Program-made: the position numbers and the translations under genes | In this document: positions 9,513-16,854 of the stretch, in pieces | Layout: each line of letters starts with the position of its first letter | How positions within the stretch are numbered: position 1 is the stretch's first letter | Source of the DNA: Armatimonadota bacterium | GTDB taxonomy: Bacteria; Armatimonadota; UBA10988 | DNA length: 25,980 bases | Assembly: GCA_016235455.1 (NCBI GenBank) | Contig: JACRKZ010000094.1 | Span: 1-25,980 of the forward strand | Direction: 5' to 3' | Notes under the pieces: generated by a model | Seen by the model: the letters and a program-made list of their open reading frames with translations, nothing else | Databases searched by the model: none | Told to the model about the DNA's origin: nothing

Positions 9513-9547
9513 GGTATTGAAGTTTTCTATGAAGGCTGAGATTGGCA

Positions 9548-10027
9548 ATGGCTGATTGGGCCGAGATGAGTTTTGGTGAGCTGTCCAGGCGATACGAGGA
9601 CCTCGTGCGAGGCATACGTGCCGACTTGGCGACGTTGGCCGAGGTGGGACCGGTGCTGACCGCGAAGGCCGCCGACCTGGGCATGTCGATCGCGCTGGAT
9701 TACAGTTCGTTGGCCGCGGCGGCCACGGACTTGGTGGGTGGTCGCGCCAAGGGCGCGAGCGCCAGCCGGCGTGGCGCCAAGCCGGGCCGTTCGCACCGCT
9801 ATGCGCTGGTCTGGAAGAAGACCGGCCAGCCAGTGATGGATGACGACGGTCAGCCGCTGCGCTTCCGCAACCAGCTCAAGATGCTGCGCGGACCCAAGTA
9901 CGAGCGGCTCATTGGTGAGACCAAGATCAGCGGCGTGCAGCTGGTGGACACCGAGGCGGATGACGCCGTGGTGGAGCCTCAGATGGCGCTGGGCCCAGCG
10001 CCGGGTGGCCGGCGTCCGCGGGGCTGA
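9548..10027 (+). CDS. Small hypothetical protein (N-terminal amphipathic helices, basic linker, small C-terminal domain)
   Basis: ORF with GC-rich third positions directly downstream of a good promoter. ATG 9548 is preferred over TTG 9542. No family recognised. Confidence 0.7.
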   Translation: MADWAEMSFGELSRRYEDLVRGIRADLATLAEVGPVLTAKAADLGMSIALDYSSLAAAATDLVGGRAKGASASRRGAKPGRSHRYALVWKKTGQPVMDDDGQPLRFRNQLKMLRGPKYERLIGETKISGVQLVDTEADDAVVEPQMALGPAPGGRRPRG

Positions 10028-10206
10028 GACAGAGTCTCCGCCGACCAATTCTCTACGAGTGCGGCAGTCCGAGACACGCGTTTTGTGTCGATCGGGCTGC
10101 CGTTCCCCTTTTTCCGGGAATGGTTGGGTAGTGTCTCAGCTCTAGTGAGACGAGCAGGCACGGCGGCACGAAGAAGTGCTGGACAAAGACAGTGAGGGAG
10201 AGAAAG

Positions 10207-10280
10207 TAGCGAGGGAGGGACTCGAACCCTCGACCTAGCGATTATGAGTCGCTCGCTCTAACCGGCTGAGCTACCTCGCC
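10207..10280 (-). tRNA. tRNA with CAU anticodon, most likely elongator tRNA-Met; CCA not encoded
   Basis: Reverse strand folds as a cloverleaf: GGCGAGG/CCTCGCT acceptor, GCTC/GAGC D-stem, AGCGA-CTCATAA-TCGCT anticodon arm, GAGGG-TTCGAGT-CCCTC T-arm, discriminator A; 74 nt. No initiator features. Confidence 0.95.
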
Positions 10281-10308
10281 ACGATGGCGCTCGGCACCAA
10301 CGGGCAGC

Positions 10309-10337
10309 ACTCTATCGCGAAGCCTCTCTCCTGTCAA
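10309..10337 (-). promoter_or_regulatory. Sigma70 promoter of the tRNA gene
   Basis: Minus strand reads TTGACA (10337-10332), 17-nt spacer, TAGAGT (10314-10309), about 28 nt upstream of the tRNA 5' end. Confidence 0.75.
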
Positions 10338-10396
10338 GCCACCGCGACCCGGTAGGCGCGGGGTACGCGGCGGCGGAGCAAGCAAGGGTAGACGAC

Positions 10397-11287
10397 ATGA
10401 AGGGCACAGACTTTCTGAGCGCGGCGGATATCACCGCCCGGCAAGCGACGGACCTGCTCGACTCGGCCATGCGGCTCAAGGCCGATCGGCTGGGCTGCCG
10501 AGCGTTGGCCGGCCGGGTCTTGGCGATGATCTTCGAGAAGCCGTCGCTGCGCACCCGGGTCAGCTTCGAGACGGGCATGGTGCAGCTCGGCGGGCACGCG
10601 ATCTATCTGGCGCCGAGCGACATCTCGCTGGGCCGGCGGGAGAGCGTAGGCGATGTGGCGGCCAACCTGTCGCGCATGGTCGACGGCATCATGGCGCGGG
10701 TCTTCGAGCACGAGAAGGTGGTCGGCTTGGCCGCCGGCGCCGACGTGCCGGTGATCAACGGCCTGTCCGACTGGGAGCATCCCTGCCAGGCGTTGGCCGA
10801 CTTCCAGACCATCGCCGAGCACCGGGGCCTGGCCAATCGGCCGACGCTGGTGTTCGTCGGCGACGGCAACAACGTCTGCCATTCGCTGATGCTGCTGGCC
10901 AAGACGCTCGACGTGCCCATGCGCGTGGCCTGCCCGGTGGGCTTCGAGCCCGATCCGGCCATCTGCGCGGCGTGCCCCGACATTGAGGTCGTGCACGACC
11001 CCCTCGCCGGCGTCAGCGGCGCCGACGTCATCTACACCGATGTCTGGGCGTCGATGGGCCAGGAAGACTCCGCGGCGCATCGCAAGCAGGTCTTTGCCAG
11101 CTTCCAGGTCAATGCGGCGCTCATGGCGCGCGCAAAGCCGGACGCCATCTTCATGCACTGCCTGCCCGCGCATCGCGGCGAGGAGGTCACCGCCGAGGTG
11201 ATCGACAGCCCGCGGTCGGTGGTGCTGGACCAGGCTGAGAACCGCTTGCACGCCCAGAAAGCGTTGCTCGTCGCGCTCATGGGCTGA
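10397..11287 (+). CDS. argF: Ornithine carbamoyltransferase
   Basis: FEKPSLRTR, RES..D, VINGLSD.EHPCQALAD, GDGNNV, YTDVWASMG, FMHCLP and QAENRLH. Confidence 0.95.
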   Translation: MKGTDFLSAADITARQATDLLDSAMRLKADRLGCRALAGRVLAMIFEKPSLRTRVSFETGMVQLGGHAIYLAPSDISLGRRESVGDVAANLSRMVDGIMARVFEHEKVVGLAAGADVPVINGLSDWEHPCQALADFQTIAEHRGLANRPTLVFVGDGNNVCHSLMLLAKTLDVPMRVACPVGFEPDPAICAACPDIEVVHDPLAGVSGADVIYTDVWASMGQEDSAAHRKQVFASFQVNAALMARAKPDAIFMHCLPAHRGEEVTAEVIDSPRSVVLDQAENRLHAQKALLVALMG

Positions 11288-11483
11288 GCGGCTGCCCGGG
11301 TTGACGCATCCCCTGGCCTGTGGCACCCTCTGGGTTCACGGGCCAGGGCATGCTTCCGCCATGCACGCGGTTGCCGCACGACTGTGCTAGACACACGTTC
11401 GCTGCTGGATCTGGCGCCGGTGTCCAGCGGTGTCCGCGCCGCCTGAGTTGGCGTGCGGTGCCCGCCGAAGGAGTGTGGCGTAG

Positions 11484-12389
11484 GTGGCGCAGGCAGTCGT
11501 CGGCAGCGCAACCATCAGTGCTGGGCCCGACACCTGGGCGATCAGCGCCGGTGACGATGGCGCGTGGCAGACCGTGCGGTTCCTGGCCGACGCCATGGGC
11601 GACCTCGGCCCGCCGCCCGGCGGCGCACCGATCGTGTGGCTGACCTGCGACAGCGATGCCCAGTGGCCTGAGTGCGTGGCGGATCTGGTGCGCGCCGGGC
11701 GGCGAGGCGAGGCGCACCGTGTCTCGCTGCCGCGCTTGGGTCGTACGGCGAACGCTACCCCCACCGGCAACGCCATGGTTCTGGCTGGGGCACTGGCGCA
11801 GGGCCACGAGTGTGGTGGGCTGTTCCACGGCGGACTGGTCGAGCGCCACGGCCTGGGCATGCTGTTCTGCGCGCCTGGCGGCACGGGCAAGTCCACCGCC
11901 TGCGGGCGTCTGCCGGCGGGCTGGCACGCACACTGTGACGACACGGCGCTGGTTCTGCCGGCCGCCGAGCAGGGCTGGTGGGCGCATCCGTGGCCCACTT
12001 GGAGCCGCTTCGAGCCCGATGGGCCCGGTGGCCGGTGGGACACGTCATCACGCGTGCCCCTGCGGGCTGCGTTCTACCTGGAGCAGGCCGAGCGCGACGA
12101 GATCATCGCCGTGGGAAGCGGGGAGTCGGCAGCCAGGCTCTACGCCGCCGCGGAGCAGGCCCGGCGCATGCTCGTGCGCGGCTTGAGCGCCGAGGAACAG
12201 CGCGTGCGGCGGCAGCGCTGGTTCGATGACGCTGCCCGGCTGGCGGGTGCGCTGGTCGGTTACCGGCTGCGCTTGACGCGCACTGGGCACTTCTGGGAGT
12301 TGCTGGAGCCCATCATCGCCGCTCTGGGCAGGAGCCTGGCGAACGGCGACGAAGTCTGCGCGGACGCACGCCGTCCGATGGGAGTGTGA
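11484..12389 (+). CDS. scmC: SynChlorMet cassette protein ScmC (HPr-kinase-like P-loop protein)
   Basis: AAGGAG RBS upstream of GTG. FHGGLVERHG.G.LFCAPGGTGKST (Walker A), HCDD and HPWPTWS; sits next to PqqD and two rSAM genes. Confidence 0.8.
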   Translation: MAQAVVGSATISAGPDTWAISAGDDGAWQTVRFLADAMGDLGPPPGGAPIVWLTCDSDAQWPECVADLVRAGRRGEAHRVSLPRLGRTANATPTGNAMVLAGALAQGHECGGLFHGGLVERHGLGMLFCAPGGTGKSTACGRLPAGWHAHCDDTALVLPAAEQGWWAHPWPTWSRFEPDGPGGRWDTSSRVPLRAAFYLEQAERDEIIAVGSGESAARLYAAAEQARRMLVRGLSAEEQRVRRQRWFDDAARLAGALVGYRLRLTRTGHFWELLEPIIAALGRSLANGDEVCADARRPMGV

Positions 12390-12679
12390 TCGGGATGATG
12401 GCATACCCGCTGGCCGACCCACTGGTGGTCCTGCGCGAGGAATTCGACGACTGGGCGGTGCTGTTCCATCCCGACACGGGCGCGGCCGTCGGGCTCAACC
12501 CCGTGGGCGTGGCCATCTGGCAGCGCCTGGACGGCCGGCACACGGTGCCCGGCATCGTCACCGAGTTGACCGAGACGTTTGACGGCGTGCCCGGCAGTGC
12601 CGTTGAGGAGGTCCACGCTTTTGTCGCGGACCTGATCGAGCGCGGCTTCGTGGGCTCGGCCCAGAGCCAGCCCGGCTGA
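12386..12679 (+). CDS. scmD: PqqD-family RiPP recognition element (SynChlorMet ScmD)
   Basis: P.VVLREEFDDWAVLF.PDTG...GLNPVG..IWQRLDG.HTV..I...L...F....V..FV.DL.ERGF is a classic stand-alone PqqD pattern. Start is GTG 12386 or ATG 12395/12398. Confidence 0.9.
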   Translation: MIGMMAYPLADPLVVLREEFDDWAVLFHPDTGAAVGLNPVGVAIWQRLDGRHTVPGIVTELTETFDGVPGSAVEEVHAFVADLIERGFVGSAQSQPG

Positions 12680-12696
12680 AGCCGGAAGGAGACCCC

Positions 12697-12882
12697 ATGG
12701 AACGGACAGCCGAAGTCAAGGAACAGCAGCGCGACCGCGAGCCCGAGCGCCGCGAGTGGCAGGCACCGGTGGTGGTCGATCTGCTCGGCCAACCACGCGG
12801 CATTGGTAACGGCGGCGCCTGCCTCTCGGGCAGCTCCGACGCCACGGTGTGCGGCGCCGGCGGCACCGGGCCGGGCACCTAG
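12697..12882 (+). CDS. Candidate RiPP precursor peptide (61 aa)
   Basis: AAGGAG RBS at 12686-12691; fills the gap between the PqqD and rSAM genes. Charged leader with WQAPVVVDL, then Gly/Cys/Ser/Thr core GNGGACLSGSSDATVCGAGGTGPGT. Confidence 0.85.
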   Translation: MERTAEVKEQQRDREPERREWQAPVVVDLLGQPRGIGNGGACLSGSSDATVCGAGGTGPGT

Positions 12883-12883
12883 T

Positions 12884-14005
12884 TTGCCACCAGGCGCCGC
12901 GCATGCGCAGCCGCAGCCCGAGGCCGGGCCGCGGCTGGCGCAGTTCTACTTCTACCTGACCGAGGGCTGCAACTGCGCCTGCCGGCACTGCTGGTTGGCG
13001 CCCAAGTTCGACCCCGAGGCCACGCGCTATCCGACGCTGCCCGTGGCGGCGTTCGAGCGGGTCATCGCCGAGGCACTACCCCTGGGCCTAGGGCGCGTGA
13101 AGCTCACCGGCGGCGAGCCGCTCATGCATCCCGACATCGGCGATCTGCTGGCTGTCGTCCGGCGCGAGGACCTGGCGCTGACCGTTGAAACCAACGGCCT
13201 GCGGCTGACCGAAGCGCTGGCCGACGCCATCGCGGGTTGCCGGCAGCCCTTCGTGTCGGTCAGCCTCGATGGCGCCGAGGCGGGGTACCACGACAAGGTG
13301 CGCGGCGTGCCGGGTGCGTTCGACCTGGCGGTCGCGGGTGTGCGCCATCTGGTCGAGGCCGGGCTGAAGCCGCAACTGATCCTCTCGGTCATGCGCGACA
13401 ACGTGGGTCAGGTGGAGCCGGTGGTGCGACTGGCCGAGCAGCTCGGCGCCGGGTCGGTCAAGTTCAACCTGATCCAGCCCACCGAGCGCGGCGTGGCCTT
13501 GCACGAACAAGGCGATTCGTTGACGGTGCCCGAGCTGATCGACCTGGGTCGGTGGGTGGAGGGCGACCTGGCCGGCAGCACCGAGTTGGCGCTCCATTTC
13601 GACTATCCGCGCGCCTTCCGCTCCCTGGCGCGGCTGGCCACGCGCGGCGGGCAGGGCAGTTGCGGCATCCTCGGCATCCTCGGCGTCCTGGCCAGCGGGC
13701 AGTATGCCCTGTGTGGCATCGGCGAGTCGGTCCCGGAGCTGCTGTTTGGGCAGGTGGGCCAGGTCCCGCTGGCCGAGGTCTGGTACCAGCACCCCGTGCT
13801 GCTCGCGCTACGCGATGGGCTGCCCGGCAAGTTGGGCGGCATCTGCGCCGAATGCCTGCAGAAATCGGACTGTCTGGGCTCGTGCATCGCTCAGAACTAC
13901 TACCGCGCGAAGGACCTGTTCGCGCCGTACTGGTTCTGCGAAGAGGCCGACCAACTGGGCCTCTTCCCCGCGTCCCGCCGCGTGCCGGTCGCGGCCAAGG
14001 GTTGA
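12884..14005 (+). CDS. scmF: SynChlorMet radical SAM/SPASM protein ScmF
   Basis: YFYLTEGCNCACRHCW.APK (CxxxCxxC), KLTGGEP, ETNG, SVSLDG. SPASM cysteines CGI...ALCGIG...CAEC...CLGSCIAQNY...WFC. Start placed at the in-frame TTG 12884 just after the precursor stop. Confidence 0.85.
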   Translation: MPPGAAHAQPQPEAGPRLAQFYFYLTEGCNCACRHCWLAPKFDPEATRYPTLPVAAFERVIAEALPLGLGRVKLTGGEPLMHPDIGDLLAVVRREDLALTVETNGLRLTEALADAIAGCRQPFVSVSLDGAEAGYHDKVRGVPGAFDLAVAGVRHLVEAGLKPQLILSVMRDNVGQVEPVVRLAEQLGAGSVKFNLIQPTERGVALHEQGDSLTVPELIDLGRWVEGDLAGSTELALHFDYPRAFRSLARLATRGGQGSCGILGILGVLASGQYALCGIGESVPELLFGQVGQVPLAEVWYQHPVLLALRDGLPGKLGGICAECLQKSDCLGSCIAQNYYRAKDLFAPYWFCEEADQLGLFPASRRVPVAAKG

Positions 14006-14007
14006 CC

Positions 14008-15114
14008 ATGGCTGACTCCCCGGTCGCGGTGATGCGCTCACCGCGCAAGGTGCACCTCGAGATCACGGCCAAGTGCAACCTGCGCTGCCGGTACTGCTAC
14101 TTCTTCGCCGGCGACAGCGACAAATACCACGATCTGCCCACCGAGGCCTGGTTGCGCTTCTTCGCCGAGTGCGGTCAGGCCGGGGTCATGCACGCGGTCA
14201 TCGCCGGTGGCGAGCCGTTCGCGCGCGACGACCTGCGCGAACTGCTCGAGGGCCTGATGGCCAACCGGATGCGCTTCTCGCTGATCTCCAACGGCGGGCT
14301 GTTGACGGCCGAGATGGCGCGCTTCCTGCGCGACTGCGGACGTTGCGACAGCGTGCAGATCTCGCTCGACGGCTCCTGCCCCGAAACCCACGACGCAGGC
14401 CGCGGCGCCGGCTCCTGGGACGGCGCCGTGCGCGGGCTGCGGCTGCTGCTCGAGCATGGGCCGGCGGCGACGGTGCGCGTCACCATCCATCGGCACAACG
14501 TCGACGACCTGGCGGCCACGGCCAAGATGCTTCTGGAGGACTTCGGCCTGCCGGCCTTCAGCACCAACGCCGCGGGCTACCTGGGCGCCTGTCGACAGCA
14601 TTCGGACAGCCTGCTGCTCAGCCTGGCCGAGCGGGAGCGCGCCATGTCCACACTGGCAATGCTGGCCGAACGCTATCCCGGCCGCATCGGCGCCGCCGCC
14701 GGCCCGCTGGCCGATGTGCGCCTGTGGCGCCATATGGACGAGGCGCGCCGGTCGGGCGCCGCACCGTCCGCGCGCGGCGGCCATCTGACGGCCTGCGGCT
14801 GCGTTCGAGCCGAGCTGTCCGTCAGTTGTGACGGCCACTACATCGCCTGCTCCATGCTGCCGCACCTGCGGTTGGGCCGCATCAACCAGGACCGGCTGAC
14901 CGACATCTGGCGCGATGCACCGGCTCTGGTGGCCATGCGCGCGCGCGCGGCCATTCCGTTGAGCGATTTTGCTTTCTGCGATGGCTGCGAGTGGCGTGAC
15001 CACTGCACCGGCAACTGCCCTGGCCTGGCCTACTCGCTGACCGGCCAGGTGGACCACCCCAGTCCCGACGCCTGTCTGCGGCGCTATGTCGAGGCTGGCG
15101 GGCGGATCGTCTAG
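14008..15114 (+). CDS. scmE: SynChlorMet radical SAM/SPASM protein ScmE
   Basis: MRSPRKVHLEITAKCNLRCRYC, GGEPF, SNG, QISLDG. SPASM CGC...IAC...CDGC...CTGNCPG...PDAC. ATG is 2 nt after the scmF stop; the ORF-track extension to 13237 is an artefact. Confidence 0.88.
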   Translation: MADSPVAVMRSPRKVHLEITAKCNLRCRYCYFFAGDSDKYHDLPTEAWLRFFAECGQAGVMHAVIAGGEPFARDDLRELLEGLMANRMRFSLISNGGLLTAEMARFLRDCGRCDSVQISLDGSCPETHDAGRGAGSWDGAVRGLRLLLEHGPAATVRVTIHRHNVDDLAATAKMLLEDFGLPAFSTNAAGYLGACRQHSDSLLLSLAERERAMSTLAMLAERYPGRIGAAAGPLADVRLWRHMDEARRSGAAPSARGGHLTACGCVRAELSVSCDGHYIACSMLPHLRLGRINQDRLTDIWRDAPALVAMRARAAIPLSDFAFCDGCEWRDHCTGNCPGLAYSLTGQVDHPSPDACLRRYVEAGGRIV

Positions 15115-15118
15115 CGCC

Positions 15119-15727
15119 ATGGACCCGCACCCCGACGCGCCGGTCACGAGGCTGGTCTTCGAAGGGCGCAGCATGTGGCCCACGCTGCGCGAGCCCGCGC
15201 TGCTGGACATCGAGCCCGTCGGCCTCGACCAGGTGCGGCGCGGCGATGTGCTGGCCTTCCGCTCGGCCGAGGCTGGCGGCCATGTCATCCACCGCGCGGT
15301 AACCCATACCCCGGCCGGCTGGCGCACCCGCGGTGACAACAACCCCGCTGACGATCCCGAGTTGCTGACCGCCGAGCGGCTGCTAGGTCGCGTGGTGGCC
15401 TGCTCCGTCGGCCGACAGCGCCGGCGCGTGCGCAACGGGGGCCTGGGTCTGGCCTGGCATCGGTGGCGGCGGGTGGCGCGGGCGGTGCGCGGCGGATTGG
15501 CACGCGCGGGCCTCGGCCGGCCACTGCGCTGGGCGGCACGCCGTTGTGCGCTGGTGCTGGCGCGATGGCTGCCACGCGCCTGGCGACCGACCAAAGTCAG
15601 CTACGCCGATGGCCGTGCGCAGTGGGTGCTGGGCCGGCGCGTGCTGGCCCGCCAGTCGGAGCCCGGCGGGCCTTGGCAAGGTCGGTGGTGGGCGCGCCTG
15701 CTGGTCGACGAGGAGACGTGGCGATGA
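15119..15727 (+). CDS. S24/S26-family peptidase (signal-peptidase-like), candidate leader peptidase
   Basis: GRSMWPTL (catalytic Ser box), RGDVLAF, VIHR and TRGDNN...D. ATG is 4 nt after the scmE stop; no N-terminal TM anchor. Confidence 0.8.
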   Translation: MDPHPDAPVTRLVFEGRSMWPTLREPALLDIEPVGLDQVRRGDVLAFRSAEAGGHVIHRAVTHTPAGWRTRGDNNPADDPELLTAERLLGRVVACSVGRQRRRVRNGGLGLAWHRWRRVARAVRGGLARAGLGRPLRWAARRCALVLARWLPRAWRPTKVSYADGRAQWVLGRRVLARQSEPGGPWQGRWWARLLVDEETWR

Positions 15728-16854
15728 GCCCCGAGGAAGCAATCGTCGCGTTGATCAGCGGCGGCCAGTGGCCGGCCTCGGGCGAGGTCTGGACCGCGTT
15801 GCTCCAGCGTGCCAGCCTCCTTGGCCTGGCACCCGTGCTGGCCGCCCATCTGCCTGTCGACGCGCCGACCGAGGTGGTCAGTGAGCTGCGCCTGGCCTCG
15901 ATGGCGGCCACCGCACGCCATGCCCGTGCCGCCCATCAGCTGGCCGAGTTGCTGCGCGGCGCTGCGGTGCTCGATGTGCCGGTCGTCGCGCTCAAGGGCA
16001 GTTGTCTGGCGACCGAGGCCTATGCGCACCCATCACAGCGCACGTTCGGTGACCTCGACCTGCTGGTGCGGCGCGCGGACCTGCCCCAGGTGGAGGCGCT
16101 CAGCGAGTCGTTGGGCTACCGCCGCAGCGAGTACGAGCACGAAGGTGGGCATCACCTGGCGGTCCGCCAGCGAACCGGGTCGCTCAGCGTCGAGTGGCAC
16201 TGGCGGCCCATTGCCTGCCAGTTCGCGCCGGGGCTGGACGAGGGCGAACTGGGCGCCGTGTGGCGGCGAATGCGACCGTTCGTCGTGGCTGGTGAGCAGG
16301 CTCTCATGCTGTCGCCCGAAGACCAGTTGCTGACGCTCAGCGCCCACTGGGCCCTGAGCAACCGGTGCGCCGGTGGGCCCAGGCCGTTACTGGACATCGC
16401 CGTGGCCTGTCGCGCCTGGGCGCACGCCATCGACTGGGTGGAGCTGTGGGCTCGAGCCGGCCGCTGGCGGTTGACCCATGCGCTGGCCATGACGCTGACC
16501 ATGGCGCGTGAGATGGCCGCGGCGCAGGTGCCCGAAAGCCTGCCCGTGGCGCCCAGCGCCGAGCATCTGGCGCGCGTGCGCGGCCGCGTGCTCGGCCAGA
16601 CCGATCCGCGCCACGCCATGCTGCTGGCCGAGGCGGTGCACCGGGGGCCGCTGGCCGTGGTCAAGGCTGTCGTGCAGCGGCTGGCCGACCCGCGCGACAC
16701 GCCGGGCCGGGGCGTCGGTCGATGGTACCGCCACTGGTGCGGGCTGTGGCAGCGCCAGGGCGAGGTGGTGGCAGGCATGGCGAGTCGCTCCGGCCGGGCC
16801 GCACTGGCGGCCGAGGGCGACGTGGCCGATTGGCTCGCCGAAAGCGCTGATTAG
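15724..16854 (+). CDS. Nucleotidyltransferase family protein (NTP_transf_5-like)
   Basis: ATGA overlap with the peptidase. VALKG..LA...Y.....R.FGDLDLLV, VEWHW, LSPEDQLL....H, LLDIA and IDW. Confidence 0.85.
   Translation: MSPEEAIVALISGGQWPASGEVWTALLQRASLLGLAPVLAAHLPVDAPTEVVSELRLASMAATARHARAAHQLAELLRGAAVLDVPVVALKGSCLATEAYAHPSQRTFGDLDLLVRRADLPQVEALSESLGYRRSEYEHEGGHHLAVRQRTGSLSVEWHWRPIACQFAPGLDEGELGAVWRRMRPFVVAGEQALMLSPEDQLLTLSAHWALSNRCAGGPRPLLDIAVACRAWAHAIDWVELWARAGRWRLTHALAMTLTMAREMAAAQVPESLPVAPSAEHLARVRGRVLGQTDPRHAMLLAEAVHRGPLAVVKAVVQRLADPRDTPGRGVGRWYRHWCGLWQRQGEVVAGMASRSGRAALAAEGDVADWLAESAD

Noticed and set aside
9377-10280. tRNA-integrated mobile element or prophage
   Set aside because: No integrase or transposase, and I could not find a duplicated tRNA 3' end (att site) in the window.
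10397-11287. N-acetyl/succinyl-ornithine transcarbamylase because of SLRT instead of STRT
   Set aside because: The DxxxSMG loop and HCLP-x-H-RG motif of ordinary OTCase are intact.
11301-11329. Promoter for the scm operon (TTGACG-17-CACCCT)
   Set aside because: The -10 lacks the first conserved T, which is too weak to call.
13237-14007. 625-aa version of ScmE, and similar upstream extensions of the ScmF and NTase ORFs
   Set aside because: These are Arg/Gly/Ala-rich off-frame readings overlapping the upstream genes. Coupled starts exist at 12884, 14008 and 15724.
12884-15114. rSAM/SPASM pair as anaerobic sulfatase-maturating enzymes for the nearby sulfatase, or as PqqE
   Set aside because: They sit in an operon with an RRE and a peptide and show Scm-type N-termini. 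The peptide has no ExxxY motif and pqqB/C are absent.
12386-16854. Lasso peptide cluster
   Set aside because: Leader motif, RRE, kinase and NTase are lasso-like, but there is no asparagine-synthetase-like cyclase or transglutaminase-like B2 protease.
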